From IMG/VR virus record IMGVR_UViG_3300034691_000007, positions 1 through 50,564 of that record: a stretch of DNA of 50,564 nt, one strand, 5' to 3'. The translations under genes and the position numbers were made by a program. Under the pieces are notes generated by a model. That model was not told where the DNA came from, did not search any database, and saw only the letters and a list, made by a program, of their open reading frames with translations. Positions 37,560-43,947 of this stretch are shown one piece after another (position 1 is the first letter of the stretch; each line of letters opens with the position of its first letter). This DNA comes from a virus. Lineage: Duplodnaviria; Caudoviricetes.

Positions 37560-37711
37560 TACAGGTGAAAGGCACCACAGACAGTGCATTTGTGGGCTTG
37601 CTTAGGCCCTTGTGCGCCCTTCTTCAGACAGAAGTTAGCAACACGTTGTTGCTTGCCGTAGGTAGCGTCCTGATAGCTGTTAGCACACTTACAGGTTACA
37701 ATCTTGGTCAT
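37559..37711 (-). CDS. Small Zn-finger-like protein (50 aa)
   Basis: MTKIVTCKC...QDATYG...RVAN...CTVCG with a GGAG RBS. Confidence 0.7.
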   Translation of the reverse strand: MTKIVTCKCANSYQDATYGKQQRVANFCLKKGAQGPKQAHKCTVCGAFHL

Positions 37712-37768
37712 GGTGTATCTCCGATTTTAGTTTCTGAAGTTTATTACAGGCACCAACATCGCTTAACG

Positions 37769-37882
37769 CTAGTGCATTTGGGCAATGATGCTCACTGCCA
37801 ATAGTGCGAACATCGCAAAGAACGTACCAATCAGGAGAATGGCAGCCTCATCAATGTTCTTCCCTTTGCTCGAAGTCTTCAT
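37769..37882 (-). CDS. Small membrane protein (37 aa)
   Basis: MKTSSKGKNIDEAAILLIGTFFAMFALLAVSIIAQMH; start uncertain. Confidence 0.4.
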   Translation of the reverse strand: MKTSSKGKNIDEAAILLIGTFFAMFALLAVSIIAQMH

Positions 37883-38051
37883 TCCACACCTTATAGCGTT
37901 GGGGGTGAATGACCGGATAGAAACCCACGGATACAAAGCCCGCTGGCTTAGTACGTTTTCGTGCGTTACTTCCATGCACAACCTTACGCCAGATGCCTTC
38001 GTCTTCGTTTTCACAAACCCAGACGCAACCGGACGAAAGTTTCTCACACAT
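37851..38051 (-). CDS. Hypothetical protein (66 aa)
   Basis: ORF in the early operon. Confidence 0.5.
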   Translation of the reverse strand: MCEKLSSGCVWVCENEDEGIWRKVVHGSNARKRTKPAGFVSVGFYPVIHPQRYKVWNEDFEQREEH

Positions 38052-38072
38052 TAGTGTCACGATGTGTTCACC

Positions 38073-38240
38073 TTACACCTTCCAGAGCCAGACTAAGTTA
38101 GCCCCCGCACCTACAACGATGTTGTAAGGAGGAGGCACCATGTATACGGCTAAGAATGTGGCACTAAGGCCGATCTTCATCAACACCAAATGTTCCATTC
38201 TTAGCCACGGATGAGCTTCAATGATGGCCTTAGTCTTCAT
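38073..38240 (-). CDS. Small membrane protein (55 aa, MKTKAIIEAH...)
   Basis: Hand-translated; two hydrophobic segments around a PPP turn. Confidence 0.6.
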   Translation of the reverse strand: MKTKAIIEAHPWLRMEHLVLMKIGLSATFLAVYMVPPPYNIVVGAGANLVWLWKV

Positions 38241-38418
38241 TTGCTAATCCGCCTGTAAACAGACGACTCGCAAACATGAAGAACACAACACCTCCCGCAA
38301 AGATGGTGTGTAAACCATGGCCTTCAACGACAGTCATGACAAGATAAGCGACATGGCAAGTGTGCTCACCTTTATGTGCCAGAACTTCGTGCCCCCAGTA
38401 GTAAAGCCTTGCTTTCAT
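38230..38418 (-). CDS. His-rich small membrane protein (62 aa)
   Basis: AGGTG RBS; two hydrophobic segments with interspersed His. Confidence 0.65.
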   Translation of the reverse strand: MKARLYYWGHEVLAHKGEHTCHVAYLVMTVVEGHGLHTIFAGGVVFFMFASRLFTGGLANED

Positions 38419-38465
38419 ATTTCACCTATGACAACTAGGCCAATGTACTACTGGCCTGTAAACAT

Positions 38466-38624
38466 CTAGCGGTTGCTAGAATTCCCTTCGCATTGCGGCC
38501 CAATCAGCAACACGGGAGACGCTAGTGTAGCCTCACTAGCGGCAATTGATTCGAGAGAGTTGTTAATCCCGACTAGGGCAAACAAGCCCCAGAACATTAT
38601 CAGGAATAGCAACGCCTTATACAT
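38466..38624 (-). CDS. Small membrane-anchored protein (52 aa)
   Basis: N-terminal TM segment MYKALLFLIMFWGLFALVGI. Confidence 0.55.
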   Translation of the reverse strand: MYKALLFLIMFWGLFALVGINNSLESIAASEATLASPVLLIGPQCEGNSSNR

Positions 38625-38946
38625 GATTGAAACCCGCCAATTCCAGATACTTGGCACGCAAACCCACTGTACGAGGCAGCAAGTTAGGTTCCCAACGTAG
38701 CCCGTCGGACGGAATGAGGCGAGCCAGCAACTTGCTGGAGTACACATAGCCACGGCTACCGACGATGTTAATATCATCTTCAGCCAGACGGCTCACTGCG
38801 TCTCGCAAGTCGAACAAGTCCTTTGCTACTTTGACTTGCTGAGTGAACAGACGAATACGCTCCAATGACACTGGAACCAGTTCCACAGCGTCTTCAAGAG
38901 CACGGTTTCCGTTAGATACATGAAAGGAACCACCGATAACGAGCAT
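38617..38946 (-). CDS. Hypothetical protein (109 aa)
   Basis: ORF in the early operon. Confidence 0.6.
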   Translation of the reverse strand: MLVIGGSFHVSNGNRALEDAVELVPVSLERIRLFTQQVKVAKDLFDLRDAVSRLAEDDINIVGSRGYVYSSKLLARLIPSDGLRWEPNLLPRTVGLRAKYLELAGFNHV

Positions 38947-39000
38947 AGATAACCCCGTGAGGCTCTGTAAGCCCCTGTAGGACGTTTTAAGGACACTGCC

Positions 39001-39213
39001 CTATGAAGGGTAGCGGGTATTGTTAATGTCTGCCTTCTGAGCACTCTCAGGCAGGCTGCTCAAACTGTCGTCATGATTGGTATGAAACCAATCGTCGTTT
39101 TCAATTGCTGCCCAAAATGGCAAGCGCTGGCATTGCATAACCGCACAGAAAAGACTTATGGCCATGATGCCAAACGCAACGCACAAGCCAATGAACGCAT
39201 AGATTAAGAGCAT
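39001..39213 (-). CDS. Membrane protein (70 aa)
   Basis: AAGGA RBS; N-terminal TM segment. Confidence 0.6.
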   Translation of the reverse strand: MLLIYAFIGLCVAFGIMAISLFCAVMQCQRLPFWAAIENDDWFHTNHDDSLSSLPESAQKADINNTRYPS

Positions 39214-39225
39214 GGCGATATATCC

Positions 39226-39363
39226 TTAACCAACCTTACGTTGATATACAGACGCCAATGCAACGGCCTGATACTTCCTATCAGCCGTATCTACAATGAC
39301 GCCATTGAACATAACCCACCATGCAATACGGGCGGGTGAACGCACTACCGTTACAGCAGACAT
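39226..39363 (-). CDS. Hypothetical protein (45 aa, MSAVTVVRSP...)
   Basis: Hand-translated; overlaps the upstream gene and fills the gap. Confidence 0.6.
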   Translation of the reverse strand: MSAVTVVRSPARIAWWVMFNGVIVDTADRKYQAVALASVYQRKVG

Positions 39364-39488
39364 TCCGTTTCTTCTTCTTCATCGCCAACGCTTACAGACT
39401 GGCTGTCACCATCGCAGACAAAGGCTTGACCACCTTCGACATAGCCCATATACGCATCGGCTAAAGATACATTTGCATAAGTATTCAT
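39351..39488 (-). CDS. Small acidic protein (45 aa, MNTYANVSLA...DEEEETECLL)
   Basis: GAGGG RBS; hand-translated. Confidence 0.6.
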   Translation of the reverse strand: MNTYANVSLADAYMGYVEGGQAFVCDGDSQSVSVGDEEEETECLL

Positions 39489-39504
39489 TTATTTTTACCC
39501 TCGG

Positions 39505-39535
39505 TTGTATCGTTTTGTCTAGAAAACGACTCTAG
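39505..39535 (+). promoter_or_regulatory. Putative phage-sigma promoter, copy B, antisense to the early arm
   Basis: TTGTATC-N16-GACTCTAG; shares AAAACGACTCTAGTATAGTA with the copy at 49795. Confidence 0.7.
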
Positions 39536-39593
39536 TATAGTATACTAACTATTACTTACTTCTATTACTTCTTACTACTTCTAACTAAACCTC

Positions 39594-39625
39594 AAAAGCC
39601 TACTAGTAATTACTAATAGGCTTTT
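39594..39625. terminator. Bidirectional intrinsic terminator
   Basis: AAAAGCCTA-C-TAGT-AATT-ACTA-A-TAGGCTTTT, with T-tracts on both strands. Confidence 0.75.
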
Positions 39626-39633
39626 ATTGTTTG

Positions 39634-40194
39634 TTAAGCAGCCTTGTCTGCTGCCTCTTGTTCTTCTTGGCTAACGATAGCCTCGAAGTTACAGATAGCG
39701 AACAACTGTTGCATGGTAGCCTCGTTAACATGCATGTTCACTTTCGCTTGATCTTCTGGCGTCATGCCTTTGACCTTTTCTTGCGTCTCCTTGTGCTTTT
39801 TCAGCACGTTCTGAAGCGCCGCTTCAAGATCAAAGCCCTTGAATGGTTGTTGCAACTTCAAGTCCCACCACATTGTGGCTTTAGCGTCATTGAACGCTTT
39901 TTCAATGTAGTCCTTACCTTTCCAATCAACGAAAGCGCCCTTTTCTTCGTCAATCGACAGACCGCCGAACTTAACAAAGAATTCCACCAGTGCTTTGCCG
40001 TTGATAGTGTTACCCAACGAGGTTACAAGGCTGGTAGCGGCGCTGTAGTCGCCATGCTTGAAGGCATGGTACAAGACACCTACAGCGGCCTGCTGTACGT
40101 TAACACGGGCGGTCTGTACAGACTTGACAGCCTTGTCGCACAGTTTAGCCAGTTCGGCGGCGTCTTTAGGCATTACATATTTGATAGCGGTCAT
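39634..40194 (-). CDS. Early hypothetical protein (186 aa)
   Basis: GGAG RBS, highly biased codons, HGD motif. Confidence 0.8.
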   Translation of the reverse strand: MTAIKYVMPKDAAELAKLCDKAVKSVQTARVNVQQAAVGVLYHAFKHGDYSAATSLVTSLGNTINGKALVEFFVKFGGLSIDEEKGAFVDWKGKDYIEKAFNDAKATMWWDLKLQQPFKGFDLEAALQNVLKKHKETQEKVKGMTPEDQAKVNMHVNEATMQQLFAICNFEAIVSQEEQEAADKAA

Positions 40195-40246
40195 GGTTGT
40201 AACTCCAAATTAGTTTCTAGGGTTTATTGCAGCGGTCGGCATTGCA

Positions 40247-40510
40247 TTACTGCTTGTCTTTCCACACCTTGTTAATGGTTGCGCACTTAACGCCACTGCC
40301 TCGGGCTTGACGCTTACCATCTGGATTCCAGAAGCCAGCAACCTTGCCCATTGAGACAACTTGCTTAACCTTCTTTTTGTGGCTGGCCTTCAAGTTACGG
40401 TATTGACGTTTCGCATCAAGGCTACCGTCAAGTAACAGAGCGTCAACCAGTTGAAACGTGCGGCTCGCTAGAGGTTTGCTAACGAGTGTATGATGTTTGC
40501 GTTTACTCAT
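40247..40510 (-). CDS. Early basic hypothetical protein (87 aa)
   Basis: AAGGAG RBS. Confidence 0.7.
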   Translation of the reverse strand: MSKRKHHTLVSKPLASRTFQLVDALLLDGSLDAKRQYRNLKASHKKKVKQVVSMGKVAGFWNPDGKRQARGSGVKCATINKVWKDKQ

Positions 40511-40528
40511 TTCTATATTCTCCTTAGC

Positions 40529-40569
40529 GTTTACCTAAACACACTAGACTATAGTGTCCTTAGGTAAAC
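40529..40569 (-). promoter_or_regulatory. Long stem immediately before the RBS, candidate RNase III site
   Basis: GTTTACCTAA pairs with TTAGGTAAAC, and ACACTA with TAGTGT. Shares CACACTAGAC with the 37501 stem. Confidence 0.6.
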
Positions 40570-40901
40570 CCTTACGGGTTTTGCTCTTTACGAGACTTCA
40601 AAGGGTGACGTGTTACGTTATCGTCACGACTAAGGCTAGTAGCTCACTGCTCACGGGCCTTTGCTATCAGGCGAATGTCAGTCGGCACTTTGGGCACTAG
40701 CTGGCCCCCAAGATACGCTTGGTCGTTTGGGCGGTTTCTGAGCACCGTAGCTCCAGCCGCTTATAGTCTCGACGTGACAATCAGACCTTATTCAGTGAAC
40801 TACGCCATTCAAGGCTGCGCCCAAAGTGTCCAGACTAACCCGCCCTACCTGCTAGGACATACAGTTTGGTTAGAAGCCCCGAGGCCCGTTTGCCTCTTGT
40901 T
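40570..40901 (-). ncRNA. Candidate large structured RNA / leader
   Basis: Nested long-range helices with G-U pairs specific to the minus strand, no credible ORF, directly downstream of a sigma70 promoter. Confidence 0.55.
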
Positions 40902-40907
40902 GGGTTA

Positions 40908-40935
40908 AGTATACAGCATTCTGTCATTGTGTCAA
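40908..40935 (-). promoter_or_regulatory. sigma70 early promoter TTGACA-16-TATACT
   Basis: Near-consensus boxes. Confidence 0.75.
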
Positions 40936-41013
40936 GCCTCATTTTTCTATCTAGGCTTAATCCAACCGGCCAGCATTGGTTAACCCTAACCGTTGCCTGT
41001 GCTGTGAGTCCGT

Positions 41014-41043
41014 AGTGTATGTCGCTAGGCACTGCATTGTCAA
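41014..41043 (-). promoter_or_regulatory. sigma70 early promoter TTGACA-18-TACACT
   Basis: Consensus -35 and near-consensus -10. Confidence 0.65.
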
Positions 41044-41180
41044 CTGAATATTAGTAGCCATTCACAACCGTCATGCGTTGGTTCAATGTGAGTTAACTCA
41101 CAATCAAACCCATCTGCTATATAGCTTTGCATGTAGTTCGTTGCTACGTCAAGACACTTATAGTAACGATAGTATTTCAT
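41040..41180 (-). CDS. Early hypothetical protein (46 aa, MKYYRYYKCL...)
   Basis: Hand-translated; ATGA-coupled to the upstream ORF. Confidence 0.55.
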   Translation of the reverse strand: MKYYRYYKCLDVATNYMQSYIADGFDCELTHIEPTHDGCEWLLIFS

Positions 41181-41320
41181 GACTGGCTATACCAGCGAAC
41201 ATACCACACTTGTTCGCCATCCTCTAGCACAGCTTCAAGCATTACCTTATAGCCTTTGCTCTTATAATAGTTGCGCTTAGCTTTAGCCTTAGCCCAATTA
41301 GTATATCGTTCTTTGATCAT
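41177..41320 (-). CDS. Early hypothetical protein (47 aa, MIKERYTNWA...)
   Basis: GAGGG RBS; downstream of promoters; hand-translated. Confidence 0.6.
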   Translation of the reverse strand: MIKERYTNWAKAKAKRNYYKSKGYKVMLEAVLEDGEQVWYVRWYSQS

Positions 41321-41394
41321 GGTCAAGCCCTCATTATTAGAGTGCCTACCGATCATACACTACAGATTGTTAAAGAGCGGTGGAACATGTAGCC

Positions 41395-41423
41395 ATTGTG
41401 CCGTTTGTTCGTGTTGCTGTCAA
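41395..41423 (-). promoter_or_regulatory. sigma70 early promoter TTGACA-17-CACAAT
   Basis: Consensus -35 with a 17-nt spacer. Confidence 0.6.
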
Positions 41424-41550
41424 GCGGTTATTGCTGTCTTGCGTATCGCATCATTAGTAGGAAGTCCCTAGCATGGCGAACCATGACTAAGCCCTTACTA
41501 ACTAGGCTAGCTTGCTGCCTCTCGGTCTTATGCTTGCTGGCTTGGAACGA

Positions 41551-41579
41551 ACTATAAGCATGTGCCGCCAACCTGTCTA
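41551..41579 (-). promoter_or_regulatory. sigma70 early promoter TAGACA-17-TATAGT
   Basis: One mismatch per box with a 17-nt spacer. Confidence 0.7.
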
Positions 41580-42316
41580 CCTGTTAATCCATACAGTGTA
41601 TTGATAGGAAAGCTGACCACTTGATCAAGTAGGCATAGCTAAGCCCTTGTATCCATTGGAGTTTATCAAGCCTGCCACGATAGACACATACCCTATACGT
41701 TGGCCTAGCCTAAGCCCTATCGTTGCTCATACGCGCTTGTAGGAGCTTAGAGCCATAGCTACCGTTCGTCTGCCTGATAGTAGCCTTCATGTATAAAGGA
41801 ACGCGCACATGTGGGCTATATACCTACGCGTAGCAATTACCATGCCATACCTAGCATGACTCGTGCTACAGCACGTTAGACAATACTAAGCGCGGGCAAA
41901 GCCCGCAAAGCACGCATAAGGCAAGATCAAAGGCAGACACTGCAAAGTGAATACTAATAGAAGCCTTGATATACATGGGCTGTAGCTAGATGAACTAAGT
42001 ATATGTGTGCATGTATCAATGTGGTCATGTGTGGATATAGTCAATGCAACTAACTACTTGCCCGCTTACATATAGATTATGCTCGTCATACTAGCAATGT
42101 TTGATAATTATGGCGAGTTAGCCCAAGGGGTATGCCGGGGGTGTTGGGTAACGGGTTTCTGTTGCAATGCCCCTCCTAAATTTCTCCACAAAATTACAAG
42201 CAGCCGGTAGCTTCCCTTCAAGTAGTAAGGAGTGTTGGACACATTCTATGTTAGGGATAACATGTGCTAAGTGAATACGAGCTGCCGTTCATGAAACGCC
42301 TATAGGAAACACAGAT
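41580..42316. other. Non-coding divergence region, probable location of the physical genome ends / direct terminal repeat
   Basis: ORF-free gap between the divergent arms, just upstream of the early promoter cluster (inference from T7-like and zobellvirus organisation). Confidence 0.55.
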
Positions 42317-42964
42317 ATGACTGATGTCGTATTAGATCCAATCACATCTGGCTACAATCTAACGAAGGTCAATGCGAACTTTGATAAGATTGAAGCCTCC
42401 ATCAATGGGGACTTGCTAAACCTCGCTGGTGGTAACAACGTAATGCTTCAAGACTTGGATATGAACAGTCACGGGATTCTTAACCTTGGGGTTAATACTG
42501 GTGAGCCTGACAGTATCCTCACCATAGGGGTAGCAGACCTACGGTATTACAATGTGGCAGGTGATACACTTACCGGCCCCATGAACGTTAACAGTCAAGT
42601 TATTACAGGACTTGTTGTTCCGGTAGATGACACTAGCCCTGTTCGTAAGGCAGAGTTGGATGATGTCATTACGGCATATCAAGTTGGTGATGCTTCGCTA
42701 CAGGATCAAATCCTTGGCATCAACCCTCCAATGGGTAGTGCCTTTAGCGTCATCAGTTGGCATGATCAAGTTATTACTAACTCAATCAACATTCCAGCGA
42801 ATAAGAATGCTTGGTCCTTTGGGCCTGTTCTTTCCATCGTTGCAGGACAGTCCGTCACTGTAGGAGCTAATAGCTTCTGGACCATTGCTGATGGTAAGAC
42901 TGCTGGTGCTGGAGCGCTTACAGCGGTTCCTGCTGATCCTATGGACTATGGAGTATTGACATGA
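42317..42964 (+). CDS. Tail fibre anchor / adaptor protein
   Basis: N-terminal NANFDKIE...NNVM.QDLDMNSH.ILNL virion-attachment pattern. C-terminal IPANKNAWSFGP and DYG motifs. Confidence 0.7.
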   Translation: MTDVVLDPITSGYNLTKVNANFDKIEASINGDLLNLAGGNNVMLQDLDMNSHGILNLGVNTGEPDSILTIGVADLRYYNVAGDTLTGPMNVNSQVITGLVVPVDDTSPVRKAELDDVITAYQVGDASLQDQILGINPPMGSAFSVISWHDQVITNSINIPANKNAWSFGPVLSIVAGQSVTVGANSFWTIADGKTAGAGALTAVPADPMDYGVLT

Positions 42965-43938
42965 GTGTACAACAACTCAAACGTGGCACTACGGCTGCTG
43001 TAGCGGCATACACCCCAGCAGTAGGTGAGCCGGTATGGGACACTCAACTGAACAAGCTCACAGTAGGTGGGTTCGGTCTTAGTGGTGTAGCGTCGGCAGT
43101 TAAACTAGCGTCGGCACGTAACCTCAACTTCACTGGTGATGCTACCGGTACGCTGTCCTTTGATGGTAGCGTAGATGTAGCAACAGCTTTGACCTTGAGC
43201 GCTACAGGTGTATCAGCCGGTACGTTCACACGAGTAACCGTCGATACTAAAGGACGTGTTACAGCAGGACAGACTTCTGCATTGGCCATCGCCAATGGTG
43301 GTACAGGCTCTACTAGCGCCGCCGCAGCTCTTACAGCGTTGGGTGCTGCTCCACTAGCGTCGCCTGCCCTTACAGGGACACCTACAGCGCCAACAGCTAC
43401 AGCCGGTACAAACTCTACGCAAGTAGCTACTACTGCGTATGTAGACACTGGCCTTGCCCTTAAAGCGCCTATTGCGTCTCCGACGTTCACAGGAACTCCA
43501 GCAGCGCCTACGGCGGCTGTGGGCACCAACACTACACAGGTTGCAACAACAGCGCTTGTACAGGCTGAGATTGCCAACAAGCGTGCTTGGTCAACATGGG
43601 TCCCAACCATCACCTCTCAGTCAGGGACATACACGTCCATTGCTGCAACACTGGCTCGATACGTAGTCATCTATGGCATCTGCTACTTCCAGTTGAAGAT
43701 TAAGGTAACGACTAAAGGTACTGGTGTAATGCCAACCTTCACCCTGCCCTTTACAGCTTTGACTGGTACAGACTTGATGAGCTTTCCTGCACAGGAAGGT
43801 TTCAACAATGCCATCGGTGGTACAGCACAAGTAGCAACAGACCTAGCCCACGCTATCATTCGTAACTACGCAGCAGGTGATCTTGTCACTGCTGACGGAG
43901 CTATCGTGACAGTGCAAGGCTTCTACCCAATCGCTTAA
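42961..43938 (+). CDS. Tail fibre with Mtd_N-like N-terminus and tail-fibre repeats
   Basis: QLKRGT...GEPVWDT N-terminus, VTVDTKGRVT, and two AP.ASP..TGTP.APTA..GTN.TQVATTA.V repeats. Confidence 0.85.
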   Translation: MSVQQLKRGTTAAVAAYTPAVGEPVWDTQLNKLTVGGFGLSGVASAVKLASARNLNFTGDATGTLSFDGSVDVATALTLSATGVSAGTFTRVTVDTKGRVTAGQTSALAIANGGTGSTSAAAALTALGAAPLASPALTGTPTAPTATAGTNSTQVATTAYVDTGLALKAPIASPTFTGTPAAPTAAVGTNTTQVATTALVQAEIANKRAWSTWVPTITSQSGTYTSIAATLARYVVIYGICYFQLKIKVTTKGTGVMPTFTLPFTALTGTDLMSFPAQEGFNNAIGGTAQVATDLAHAIIRNYAAGDLVTADGAIVTVQGFYPIA

Positions 43939-43947
43939 GGAAAATTA

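Noticed and set aside
39541-39597. CRISPR-like or regular tandem array
   Set aside because: The units are short and irregular with no spacers; reported instead as a G-free tract.
41300-41326. sigma70 promoter TTGACC-15-TATACT
   Set aside because: The spacer is too short and it overlaps the start of a probable ORF.
42011-42041. Fourth copy of the phage promoter (ATGTATC-N16-GATATAGT)
   Set aside because: The second box matches poorly, and TTGTATC at ~41647 lacks the second box altogether. Neither is supportable without start-site data.
40570-42316. tRNA, tmRNA or cobalamin riboswitch in the non-coding region
   Set aside because: I could find no T-loop/acceptor-stem/CCA arrangement, tmRNA ends or B12-box by eye.
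42961-43938. Diversity-generating retroelement suggested by the Mtd_N-like domain and internal repeat
   Set aside because: There is no reverse transcriptase and no adenine-specific TR/VR pair; the repeat is an ordinary fibre repeat.
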